A stretch of DNA of 64,000 bases from an uncultured Oscillospiraceae bacterium (lineage in GTDB: Bacteria > Bacillota > Clostridia > Oscillospirales > Oscillospiraceae): assembly GCA_964615545.1 (NCBI GenBank), contig CAZTNP010000002.1, positions 1,064-65,063 of the forward strand. The letters are read 5' to 3'. Shown here in pieces: positions 1 to 8,687 of the stretch. A model generated the notes under the pieces. The model did no database searches and was not told the origin of the DNA. It worked only from the letters and a program-made list of their open reading frames with translations. Within the stretch, counting starts at the first letter, position 1, and every line of letters starts with the position of its first letter. Position numbers and translations under genes: made by a program.

Positions 1-817
1 GGGCAAAGCACAAGGTACCTGCGTGCAGGCACTGGCTGTCCTGCCCCAGCTCCGGCTTTTTATGGCCGTAGACCGTATCGCCCAGGATCGGGTGGCCGAT
101 ATATGCCATATGCACACGGATCTGGTGGGTTCGGCCGGTCTCCAATTGGCAACGGATATGGGTATACCCCGGATAACGGGCTACCACCTCCCAGTGAGTT
201 ACTGCGTTTTTGGAATTGCGCGCCGTAACACACATCTTTTTTCTGTCGGTGGGGTGCCGCCCGATGGGGGCATCCACAGTGCCGCTTTCCTCTTTCAGAT
301 TTCCGCAGACAACAGCCTCATAGGTGCGGGACATAGAATGATCCTTCAGCTGAGAGGCCAGCACCGTATGGGCAAGGTCATTCTTTGCCACCGCCAGCAG
401 GCCGGAGGTATCCTTATCGATCCGGTGGACAATACCGGGGCGCAGAACGCCATTGATCCCAGACAGGGAATCTGCTTTGGCGTACAGCAGACCATTGACC
501 AGCGTGTCATCCTGATGACCGGCAGCAGGATGAACCACAAGCCCCTTGGGCTTATTGATCACCATAACATCCTCGTCCTCATAGACGATATCCAGCGGGA
601 TATCCCGGGGCACAATTTCTGCCGGCTGTACCTGGGGCATTTCCACACAGATCCTGTCGCCCACAGTCAGCCGATCATTCTTTTTTGCACACTTTCCATT
701 GCGGGTCACACACCCATCGGCAAGCAGCTTTTGGGCGGCAGAGCGGGTCAGCCCCTCCCCTGCCCGTGCCAGGAACGCATCCAGCCGTTCTCCATCCATA
801 TCCGCACAGAGAATCAT
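1..817 (-). CDS. rluD: RluA/RluD family pseudouridine synthase (3' end beyond window)
   Basis: Not in the ORF track. Read manually from the ATG at 817 that overlaps the lspA stop: MILCADMDGERLDAFLA...NKPKGLVVHPAAGH...RPGIVHRIDKDTSGLL (S4-like N-terminus and HRxDxxTSG catalytic motif). Canonical lspA-rluD synteny. Confidence 0.93.
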   Translation of the reverse strand, partial: MILCADMDGERLDAFLARAGEGLTRSAAQKLLADGCVTRNGKCAKKNDRLTVGDRICVEMPQVQPAEIVPRDIPLDIVYEDEDVMVINKPKGLVVHPAAGHQDDTLVNGLLYAKADSLSGINGVLRPGIVHRIDKDTSGLLAVAKNDLAHTVLASQLKDHSMSRTYEAVVCGNLKEESGTVDAPIGRHPTDRKKMCVTARNSKNAVTHWEVVARYPGYTHIRCQLETGRTHQIRVHMAYIGHPILGDTVYGHKKPELGQDSQCLHAGTLCFA

Positions 818-1290
818 ACCTTTTCTTCCTTCCAAAACTTTTTATTGAAAAAGACCAGGTGAATCATCAGGTAAATGCAGCCACAGGTGATAAAGCAATC
901 CGCCACATTGAACACCGGAAAGGAAACAAATTCCGTAGCAATCATATCCACCACATAGCCCAGGCGGATCCGGTCGATCATATTGCCCAGTCCACCAGCA
1001 AAAACAGCAACGATTGCCCAACGCTCAGAATTGGTAAAGGGCAGTCGCTTACCGGAGAATTCCCAAATCAGAGCCGCAAGAAACAGCAGGAAAATCAGGG
1101 CAAAAAGCCACTGCTGTCCTTCCAGCATAGAAAAAGCCGCGCCATCGTTTTTCACATAGGTCAGTCCCACCAGTCCGGGGATCAGTTCTGTGTGTCCGTG
1201 CAGGGGTATCCACTGCACCACCAGCGCCTTCGTAATTTGATCTACGGCAACGATCAGTGCCGCAAAAAGGGTCATAAACAGGTAAATCAT
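814..1290 (-). CDS. lspA: Signal peptidase II (lipoprotein signal peptidase)
   Basis: DQITK, NDGAAFS, GNMIDR, VVD and FNVAD motifs. Confidence 0.97.
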   Translation of the reverse strand: MIYLFMTLFAALIVAVDQITKALVVQWIPLHGHTELIPGLVGLTYVKNDGAAFSMLEGQQWLFALIFLLFLAALIWEFSGKRLPFTNSERWAIVAVFAGGLGNMIDRIRLGYVVDMIATEFVSFPVFNVADCFITCGCIYLMIHLVFFNKKFWKEEKV

Positions 1291-1319
1291 ATCTAACTCC
1301 TAATATTTACAATGAATAA

Positions 1320-1348
1320 ATTCTATCATCATTGTACGGGAAAGTCAA
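1320..1348 (-). promoter_or_regulatory. sigma-A promoter of lspA-rluD
   Basis: TTGACT-N17-TAGAAT with extended TG. Confidence 0.6.
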
Positions 1349-1472
1349 TCGTAAGGGATACAAAAAACGACCCTAAGCACCGGCCGGAAATTGTTAACTT
1401 TTTGGGATGACCTTGACAGGGAAAACAGATGCGTTAAAATATAGGATAGAAATTCAACTTTAAGGAACGAAA

Positions 1473-2225
1473 ATGAAAAAGATAACACTCTCAAAGACCT
1501 CTGCTATGCACTATGGAAAGCTTATTGTTCGATCTGCGCTTTTCCTGGGTGCCACGGCAATGTATATTGTTGCCCGAATATGCCAGGTGCCCAGTCTGCT
1601 GGAAAACTATTGGAAGGTACCCTGGCTTTTGGCTTTGATATGGGCCTTCTATATGGTAGAAATGTGGCTGCGTTTCTTCCCATCCAAAATAGAGAGTCCC
1701 GGCTGTCAAAAGCAATTTGCCCGAAATTATATTTCCACAGGAGAAAACACACCTGCCCCTCGCTCCTGGAAGCGCGCCTTCTCTGTAGCAGCCGCCTGGC
1801 TGATCTTCAACGGTATGATCGGTGCACTGTACTTTACCCACATCATCGATGCGGAAATTTTGATCCTGATCAGCTTTGCCTATGGGGTATGCGATATGAT
1901 ATGCATTCTGTTCTTCTGCCCCTTTCAAACGTGGTTTATGAAAAACCGCTGCTGCACTGACTGTCGGATCTACAACTGGGATTTTGCTATGATGTTTACT
2001 CCTCTCATTTTTATCCCCCACTGGTATACGTGGAGCCTGTTGGGAATATCCCTGCTGCTCCTGTTGCGGTGGGAAATTACCCTGCGCCTTCATCCGGAAA
2101 GATTTTCTGATCGAACCAACGGATGCATTTCCTGCAAGAACTGCACAGAAAAGCTTTGCAAGCACAAAAAACAGCTGCAGCAGCTTCTGCGCAAAAGTCA
2201 ATCAAAGCATTCGTCCCACTTATAA
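1473..2225 (+). CDS. Hypothetical polytopic membrane protein with Cys-rich motifs
   Basis: About 5-6 hydrophobic segments; CPFQ...CCTDC and CISCKNCTEKLC; AAGGA RBS; upstream TTGACA-N16-TAAAAT. Confidence 0.8.
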   Translation: MKKITLSKTSAMHYGKLIVRSALFLGATAMYIVARICQVPSLLENYWKVPWLLALIWAFYMVEMWLRFFPSKIESPGCQKQFARNYISTGENTPAPRSWKRAFSVAAAWLIFNGMIGALYFTHIIDAEILILISFAYGVCDMICILFFCPFQTWFMKNRCCTDCRIYNWDFAMMFTPLIFIPHWYTWSLLGISLLLLLRWEITLRLHPERFSDRTNGCISCKNCTEKLCKHKKQLQQLLRKSQSKHSSHL

Positions 2226-2245
2226 TGCTTTCATACTACAGAAAA

Positions 2246-2295
2246 CACCCCCGTGGAATTTCCCGGCACATTTGCCAGGGCTTCCACGGGGGTAT
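2246..2295. terminator. Hairpin between convergent genes (probable bidirectional terminator)
   Basis: cccccgtggaa...ttccacggggg inverted repeat. Confidence 0.6.
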
Positions 2296-2322
2296 CTTAG
2301 TTTTTACAGACGGTTTTGTGCC

Positions 2323-3321
2323 TTACACCAGTGCAGCGGTGATGATGGCCATTTTATAGACCTCATCGGCATTACAGCCGCGGGACAGATCGTTGATAGG
2401 TGCAGCCAAGCCCTGCAGGATGGGGCCGTATGCCTCATAGCCGCCCAGGCGCTGTGCGATCTTATAACCAATGTTGCCGGCTTCGATGCAGGGGAAAATA
2501 AAGGTGTTGGCATATCCGGCCACAGGAGAACCGGGGAACTTGAGTTGGCCAACCTCGGGAGCCACTGCAGCATCGAACTGCATTTCGCCGTCGATAGCCA
2601 GGTCGGGAGCCATTTCCTTAGCAACAGCCGTTGCATCGTGGCTGAGCTTCACGGTGCCGCCTTTACCGGAGCCATTGGTGGAGAAGCTGAGCATAGCAAC
2701 CTTGGGATCAATACCGAAGACCTGAGCCGTCTTGGCAGTCTCCACAGCAACCTCTGCCAGCTTACGGGCAGCGGATACAGTCACATTCCCCTCCTTGTCC
2801 ACACTGTCTTCATAGCTGAGGTTAATAGCACAGTCACCCATAGCGATTTTTTCTTCGCCACGTACCAAAATGAAGCAGGAAGATACCAGATTGGCGCCCT
2901 TCTTGGTCTTAACGATCTGCAGTGCGGGACGAACGGTATCGGCGGTGGAGTAGGTTGCGCCGCCCAGCAAAGAGTCCGCATAGCCCATTTTCACCAGCAT
3001 AGTGCCGAAATAGTTACCCTTCGACAGTGCAGCACGGCAATCTTCAGCGGACATTTTGCCCTTACGAAGCTCCACCATCTTTTCTACCATAGCATCCATC
3101 TCGGGATAGGTTGCCGGATCCAGGATCTCTACACCCTCGATATTGAAGCCGCCCTTGGCAGCATTTGCCTTGACCTCGTCAGGGTTGCCAATGAGGATGG
3201 CGGTCAAAAAGCCGCCTTCCACCAGCCGTGCAGTGGCTTCCAAGATTCTTGCATCGTGACCCTCGGTAAAGACAATCTTCCGGGGGTTAGCTTTCAATGT
3301 TTCAATCATTGCATCAAACAT
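2323..3321 (-). CDS. pta: Phosphate acetyltransferase
   Basis: KIVFTEG, TADTVRPALQI, VAMLSFST, DGEMQFDAA, GNIGYKIAQR, DLSRGC motifs. Confidence 0.96.
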   Translation of the reverse strand: MFDAMIETLKANPRKIVFTEGHDARILEATARLVEGGFLTAILIGNPDEVKANAAKGGFNIEGVEILDPATYPEMDAMVEKMVELRKGKMSAEDCRAALSKGNYFGTMLVKMGYADSLLGGATYSTADTVRPALQIVKTKKGANLVSSCFILVRGEEKIAMGDCAINLSYEDSVDKEGNVTVSAARKLAEVAVETAKTAQVFGIDPKVAMLSFSTNGSGKGGTVKLSHDATAVAKEMAPDLAIDGEMQFDAAVAPEVGQLKFPGSPVAGYANTFIFPCIEAGNIGYKIAQRLGGYEAYGPILQGLAAPINDLSRGCNADEVYKMAIITAALV

Positions 3322-3491
3322 GACATATATCCTCCATACATTTGGGCTATGCCCATATTTTTACATATAAATTATACACCAAGAATTGTCTGTGCGCAAC
3401 TGTTTTCCAAAAATATTCTAAAAAGAGCACAGAAAATTATTGATATTTTTCTTCTGATTTGCTATGCTGTATACAGATAAGGAGGGATTGT

Positions 3492-3938
3492 ATGAACTGG
3501 TATCCACTTATGTGGCTTGGGCTGCTGGTGCTGTTTCTGTGGCTGGAAGCATCCACTGTTGCACTGGTATCCGTTTGGTTTGCTGCCGGAGCTGTAGCTG
3601 CAATGATCGTCAGCTTTTGCGGCGGGACACTGGGCCTGCAGGCAGTGTTTTTCATTGCCGTATCTGCCCTGCTTCTGCTTAGCCTGCGACCGTTCACTCG
3701 CAAATTCATCACCCCGAAAATGACTAAAACCAATGTGGACAGTGTTTCCGGCTCCGAGGGCATCGTGCTGGAAAGCATCGACAATGTAGAATCCACCGGG
3801 CGTGTCCGTTTGGGTGCACTGGAGTGGGCCGCACGAAGCAGCTCCGGTGTTTCCATCCCCGCAGGCACCCGCATCCGGGCAGACCGGGTGGAGGGCGTAA
3901 AAGTATTCGTCACCCCAATTGAAAGCAACAATACATAA
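3492..3938 (+). CDS. NfeD family membrane protein
   Basis: N-terminal TM helices plus a C-terminal OB-like GRV..W.A..RVEG motif; GGAGG RBS before ATG 3492; upstream of an SPFH gene. Confidence 0.9.
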   Translation: MNWYPLMWLGLLVLFLWLEASTVALVSVWFAAGAVAAMIVSFCGGTLGLQAVFFIAVSALLLLSLRPFTRKFITPKMTKTNVDSVSGSEGIVLESIDNVESTGRVRLGALEWAARSSSGVSIPAGTRIRADRVEGVKVFVTPIESNNT

Positions 3939-3953
3939 TCAGGAGGAATAATT

Positions 3954-4874
3954 ATGGAATATATCATCATCGTAGCACTGATCGTCATCGTATTTCTTAT
4001 CATTGTGTCCAATATTCAGGTCGTTCAGCAGTCACGTGCCTATGTTATTGAGCGGCTTGGTGCTTTCCAGGGCATTTGGGGTGTTGGTCTGCATTTCAAA
4101 ATCCCGTTTATTGACCGAATCGTTCGCAAGGTAACTCTGAAAGAGCAGGTATTGGATTATCCTCCTCAGCCTGTGATCACAAAGGATAATGTTACTATGC
4201 AGATCGACACCGTTGTCTATTTTCAGATTACAGATCCCAAGCTGTACTGCTACGGCGTTGAACATCCTATGACCGCTATGGAAACACTGACTGCAACCAC
4301 TCTGCGGAATATCATCGGTGATCTGGAGCTGGATCAGACTTTGACCTCCCGGGACCTGATCAACACCAAAATGCGTGCCATTCTGGATGAGGTGACTGAC
4401 CCCTGGGGGATCAAGGTCAATCGGGTGGAGCTGAAAAACATTCTCCCGCCCCAGGATATTCAAAATTCTATGGAAAAGCAGATGAAAGCAGAGCGTGACC
4501 GTCGTCAGGCAATTTTGCAGGCAGAGGGGCAGAAAAAATCTGCGATTCTGATTGCAGAGGGCGAAAAGGAGTCTGCAATTTTGCGGGCAGATGCAGAAAA
4601 GCAGGCTGCGATTTTGCGGGCAGAAGCCGAAAAGCAAGCAGCTATTTTAAAAGCTGACGGCGAGGCGCAGGCCATCCGCACAGTGCAGGAAGCGCTGGCC
4701 GACTCTATAAAAATGCTAAACGAGCAGGCACCTAATGATCAGGTCGTAAAGCTTAAATCCATCGAAGCAATGGAAAAAATTGCTGACGGCAAGGCAACAA
4801 AGATCATCATTCCCAGCCAAATGCAGGGGTTGGTTGGCTTGGCCAATGGCCTTGTAGAAGCCACAAAAGAATAA
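3954..4874 (+). CDS. SPFH/band 7 (stomatin/QmcA-like) protein
   Basis: ERLG, PQPVITKDNV, WGIKVNRVELKNI, MEKQMKAER and AEG repeats. Confidence 0.95.
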   Translation: MEYIIIVALIVIVFLIIVSNIQVVQQSRAYVIERLGAFQGIWGVGLHFKIPFIDRIVRKVTLKEQVLDYPPQPVITKDNVTMQIDTVVYFQITDPKLYCYGVEHPMTAMETLTATTLRNIIGDLELDQTLTSRDLINTKMRAILDEVTDPWGIKVNRVELKNILPPQDIQNSMEKQMKAERDRRQAILQAEGQKKSAILIAEGEKESAILRADAEKQAAILRAEAEKQAAILKADGEAQAIRTVQEALADSIKMLNEQAPNDQVVKLKSIEAMEKIADGKATKIIIPSQMQGLVGLANGLVEATKE

Positions 4875-4929
4875 CCACAAGTTAAGCTACTATCGTTTTT
4901 CTATACCGTACTCTTACTTCCCTGTCTAT

Positions 4930-4962
4930 GTCCTCTCGGTCAAGCAGCCGAGAGGACTTTTT
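4930..4962 (+). terminator. Intrinsic terminator
   Basis: gtcctctcgg...ccgagaggac followed by a T-run. Confidence 0.8.
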
Positions 4963-5109
4963 GTCAAATTTTCAGCCGGAGCGAATCTAAAAATTGTTAC
5001 ACAATAATCATCTTTGCTTCATTGAAAAATGAACTAAGATATGCTATACTATCGGCGTAAAGAAAACAGGCAAAAAAATACTGAATATACACTCTTTGAG
5101 GTTAATTAT

Positions 5110-6312
5110 ATGAAAAAGAATACCGTTATATCCGCTGCACTTGCAGCGCTTCTTTTGCTTTCCGGCTGTCAAAATCAGCCACAGGCCACCACATCTCCCT
5201 TAGTGGATACCACGCTTCCGCCTGTCACCACAGAGTTTTCTGAGCTGATTGTCCCTCCCTCCCCAAACCCGGAGACAGTCTATTCCATTTCTATGCCTAT
5301 CACAACAGAAGCTGACCTCGCTGAAGACGGAACGGAATACTTTCACTACTCCTATCAAACTATGAATTTAACTGTACCTGACCGGGAAGTGGCCGACAAG
5401 GTGATTATAGATTTTCTCAGCCGTGTAGAAAGCACCCGGGAGGATGCAGGGCGTATTCACGATCTTGCCCAAGCAGCCTACACTGCCCGTACTCCCCGCT
5501 TTCAGCCCTATTTTTATCAAATTCAGTACAATCCTGCCCGAATTGATCAAGGTGTTCTCAGCCTCTTCGGTCAAATTGTCACCGTCAGTGATGCCGGTCA
5601 CGCCAGCACAGAAAGCATATCTGCAAATTACAATATGGTCACTGGTGATGTTCTCACTCTTGGCAGCATTTTATATCAGGCAGACCGAAAAGAGGATATT
5701 GCACAGCTTGTGATCAAGGACTTGGAAAGCCGTGAGGAGCTTGCCCTTTATGATGACTTTCGGGACACGGTGCGTGACCGTTTTCGCCGGGACGAAAGCA
5801 CGGATGAGGACTTTTATTTCAGTAGTTATGGCCTGTGCTTTTATTTCTCCCCCTATGAAATTGCGCCCTATGTTTATGGTACAGTGGAGGTAGAAATACC
5901 ATACAACAAGTTGACAGGATTAATCGGTGATGAATTTTTTCCGGATGAACGCATCCTCAGCAGTGGTCATCTCAATGCTATGGATTTTGACAAAGCTGAT
6001 TTGCAAGACTATGACCAGTTTGCGGAAATCGTTGTCGATTCCGGTGCAGATATGGTGCTTTTAACTGCAGACAGCACCCTGCAGGATATTAAAATATTAC
6101 AGCTAATTTGGACAAAGGGCGACGCAACCTACACCCAGACAAAAACTATTTTTGCATCCAATGTACTAACAGCCCAAAATGCAATTTTGCTGGAAGCAGA
6201 TTTTAGTTCCAACCAACCGCCTTTCCTGATCACCTATCTGCAAAACGGTGAGCTATGCTCCCGTTTCCTGGCATTTGATGCCGCAACAAGAGAATACACC
6301 CTAACAAAATGA
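5110..6312 (+). CDS. Lipoprotein with RsiV/DUF3298-like domain
   Basis: Lipobox LLSGC; FYFSSYGLCFYFSPYEIAPYVYGTVEVEIPY motif typical of DUF3298. Confidence 0.75.
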   Translation: MKKNTVISAALAALLLLSGCQNQPQATTSPLVDTTLPPVTTEFSELIVPPSPNPETVYSISMPITTEADLAEDGTEYFHYSYQTMNLTVPDREVADKVIIDFLSRVESTREDAGRIHDLAQAAYTARTPRFQPYFYQIQYNPARIDQGVLSLFGQIVTVSDAGHASTESISANYNMVTGDVLTLGSILYQADRKEDIAQLVIKDLESREELALYDDFRDTVRDRFRRDESTDEDFYFSSYGLCFYFSPYEIAPYVYGTVEVEIPYNKLTGLIGDEFFPDERILSSGHLNAMDFDKADLQDYDQFAEIVVDSGADMVLLTADSTLQDIKILQLIWTKGDATYTQTKTIFASNVLTAQNAILLEADFSSNQPPFLITYLQNGELCSRFLAFDAATREYTLTK

Positions 6313-6317
6313 TTTAC

Positions 6318-6347
6318 AGCGGGAAAAGCACAGAGCTTCTCCCGCTG
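6318..6347 (+). terminator. Hairpin after the lipoprotein gene
   Basis: agcggga...tcccgct inverted repeat. Confidence 0.55.
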
Positions 6348-6374
6348 ATTCATTATAATTCTATTATTTTACAT

Positions 6375-6403
6375 AAAAAACGGCACACCTTCCGGAGTGC
6401 CGT
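6375..6403 (-). terminator. Intrinsic terminator of rpsF-ssb-rpsR
   Basis: acggcac...gtgccgt stem with a T-run on the minus strand. Confidence 0.75.
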
Positions 6404-6410
6404 AATTCTT

Positions 6411-6647
6411 TTAATCAGCAACATAAGGCAGCAGAGCGATCTGGCGAGCACGCTTAATAGCGGTGGTCAGGTCACGCTGGTGAGCTGCGCAGGTGCCGGT
6501 AGTACGGCGGGGCAGAATCTTGCCACGCTCAGACAGGTAGCGGCGAAGCTTTGCAGTATCCTTATAATCAATGCTGGTCATCTTGTCCACGCAGAAAGCA
6601 CAAACCTTCTTGCGCTTACGGGGACGAACACGCTGTTCAGTAGCCAT
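6411..6647 (-). CDS. rpsR: 30S ribosomal protein S18 (Zn-binding type)
   Basis: [34 protein letters not shown]. Confidence 0.98.
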   Translation of the reverse strand: MATEQRVRPRKRKKVCAFCVDKMTSIDYKDTAKLRRYLSERGKILPRRTTGTCAAHQRDLTTAIKRARQIALLPYVAD

Positions 6648-6686
6648 AGGATAACCTCCTTCGTAAGAATGTAGAAAAGTTCATTT

Positions 6687-7151
6687 TTAGAACGGGAGTT
6701 GAGCGTCGTCATCCTCCAGCATCGCGAAATCGGATGCAGCAGGAGTAGCCGGAGCAGCATAGCTGCCATAGCTTGGAGAAGCAGGAGCGGAATAGCTGTT
6801 AGCACTATAATTGCCGCTGTCACCACTACGCTTGCTTTCACCGAAGTAAACATTATCTGCTACCACTTCGGCAGTGCGGCGCTTATTACCATCCTTATCC
6901 GTCCAGGAACGGATCTGCAGGCGGCCGGAAACCACGATCATACTGCCCTTAGTAAAATACTTGGAGATAAACTCGCCAGTATTGCGCCAAGCAACACAAT
7001 CAATGAAATCCGTTTCCCGTTCGCCGCCGTCCCGACCGCCGAAATCACGGTCGACTGCTACAGAAAAGCTGGCAACGGCAATGCCAGAGCCTGTGCGGCG
7101 CAGTTCGGGGTCACGGGTCAAACGACCCATAATAACAATGTGGTTGAGCAT
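6687..7151 (-). CDS. ssb: Single-stranded DNA-binding protein
   Basis: MLN..GRLTRDPELR N-terminus; acidic DDDAQLPF C-terminus. Confidence 0.98.
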   Translation of the reverse strand: MLNHIVIMGRLTRDPELRRTGSGIAVASFSVAVDRDFGGRDGGERETDFIDCVAWRNTGEFISKYFTKGSMIVVSGRLQIRSWTDKDGNKRRTAEVVADNVYFGESKRSGDSGNYSANSYSAPASPSYGSYAAPATPAASDFAMLEDDDAQLPF

Positions 7152-7163
7152 GGTAATTCCTCC

Positions 7164-7460
7164 TTACTCTTCCACGACAGTGGTCAGGCAACGCAGGATG
7201 CCGTCGGTGATCTTCATAACACGCTCCAGCTCCGCAGGGAACTCGGGCTTGCTTTCGAAGTTCATCAGGACATAGTAGCCCTCGTTCAGATCGTTGATGG
7301 GATAGGCCAGACGGCGCTTGCCCCACTCATCGATATTGGAGAGGGTACCCTCCGCTTCCACCATTGCCTTGAACTTTTCCACAAGTGCGGCAGTGCCTTC
7401 CTCTCCCTGAGCAGGGTCAATGATGTAAAGCACCTCGTACTTACCGGTGATCTTAGCCAT
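7164..7460 (-). CDS. rpsF: 30S ribosomal protein S6
   Basis: YEVLYII, WGKRRLAYPI, ELER; start at ATG 7460 after AAGGAGGTG. Confidence 0.97.
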   Translation of the reverse strand: MAKITGKYEVLYIIDPAQGEEGTAALVEKFKAMVEAEGTLSNIDEWGKRRLAYPINDLNEGYYVLMNFESKPEFPAELERVMKITDGILRCLTTVVEE

Positions 7461-7516
7461 GTTGTTTGCACCTCCTTTTGGACTTTTGGCCTCCGGTCTC
7501 GCCGGAAGCAAGGATT
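7461..7516 (-). promoter_or_regulatory. Probable S6:S18 autoregulatory mRNA leader
   Basis: TCCTTGCT-hairpin(TCCGG CGAGA CCGGA)-GGCC..GTCC..AAGGAGG; the 5' TCCTT can pair with the Shine-Dalgarno, as in Firmicute rpsF leaders. Confidence 0.65.
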
Positions 7517-7539
7517 TGTCTGCACTGGCAGACCTGTGT

Positions 7540-7568
7540 ATTATATTCGCATTTTCGTGAAAAGTCAA
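7540..7568 (-). promoter_or_regulatory. sigma-A promoter of the rpsF operon
   Basis: TTGACT-N17-TATAAT. Confidence 0.75.
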
Positions 7569-7648
7569 GCACTTTTCCGCAGAAAACTCTAAAAAATATA
7601 AAAATATAAACTACCTAAAAACAAATTGACACATACCAAAAAGACACG

Positions 7649-7682
7649 CAAGTCCTCCACCTGTTCGGTTTTGGAGGACTTG
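7649..7682 (-). terminator. Hairpin downstream of udp
   Basis: caagtcctcca...tggaggacttg 11-bp stem. Confidence 0.55.
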
Positions 7683-7842
7683 TGCATCCTGATTATATTC
7701 AAAGAACTACACCGTCTTTAAAAATGGAAATCTCCCGAAATCCACTTTTTTCCGCTTTTGTCTGCTTAGCAGTCCAAAAAACATTTTCAGGAATCTGACT
7801 TTTTCAAGTTCCGCAGAAAAAATCCCAGTACCGTCGACGAAA

Positions 7843-8610
7843 TTATTTAGACTTATCCTGGCGGATGAGGTGCTTCATAGCTTCGATGCCGACCTTGATT
7901 GCGCCGGAGGTATCTTCTGTCATAGGCATTTCCATTCCGAGTTTTTCCCGCTCCTGATTCCAGACAGCGTGGAAGCAGCTACCGCAGCGTACGCCCAGTG
8001 CAGAGGCTACTACAAACAATGCCGCAGATTCCATCTCACTTGCTTTAACTCCAAGCTTTTTCCAGGAATCCCACTTTTGCAGAAGATCGTAATATACCGG
8101 TGACTTTTCCGGGGAATGCTGCCCGTAGAACGCATCCTTGCACTGCACAACGCCTGTATGTGTACGATAGCCAAGGGCTTCACTGGCTTCCTTCAGGGCT
8201 GCAGTTACCCCAAAATCGGGCACTGCCGGAAATTCAATGGGAGCATATTCCAAAGAAGTATGCTCATAGCGGATCGCACCGGTAGCGACGACTACATCGC
8301 CGGGGAGAACCTTCAGATCAATGCCACCGCAGGTGCCTACACGGATAAAAGTATCCGTGCCAATGGCAGCCAACTCCTCCATAGCAATAGATGCCGAGGG
8401 GCCGCCAATGCCTGTAGAACACACAGAGACCTTTTCGCCAAGAAGCGTGCCGGTATAGATGTTATATTCCCGATTCATACCGATATGCACCGGGTTATCA
8501 AAATATTGGGCAATGGCTTCACAACGGCCGGGGTCGCCGGGCAGGAAGCAATAGCGACCTACATCGCCCTCCTTACAATGAATGTGATATTGCATACCAA
8601 TATCCTGCAT
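7843..8610 (-). CDS. udp: Uridine phosphorylase
   Basis: [25 protein letters not shown] and EMES motifs. Confidence 0.95.
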   Translation of the reverse strand: MQDIGMQYHIHCKEGDVGRYCFLPGDPGRCEAIAQYFDNPVHIGMNREYNIYTGTLLGEKVSVCSTGIGGPSASIAMEELAAIGTDTFIRVGTCGGIDLKVLPGDVVVATGAIRYEHTSLEYAPIEFPAVPDFGVTAALKEASEALGYRTHTGVVQCKDAFYGQHSPEKSPVYYDLLQKWDSWKKLGVKASEMESAALFVVASALGVRCGSCFHAVWNQEREKLGMEMPMTEDTSGAIKVGIEAMKHLIRQDKSK

Positions 8611-8687
8611 AATAATTACCTCCTCAATAATTTGTTACAGTATAGCAGACAGTGGCTGAAAATGCAATGCTTTCCGATTGCCACTAA

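Noticed and set aside
23-862. 279-aa plus-strand ORF
   Set aside because: Antisense shadow of rluD, which is clearly readable on the minus strand.
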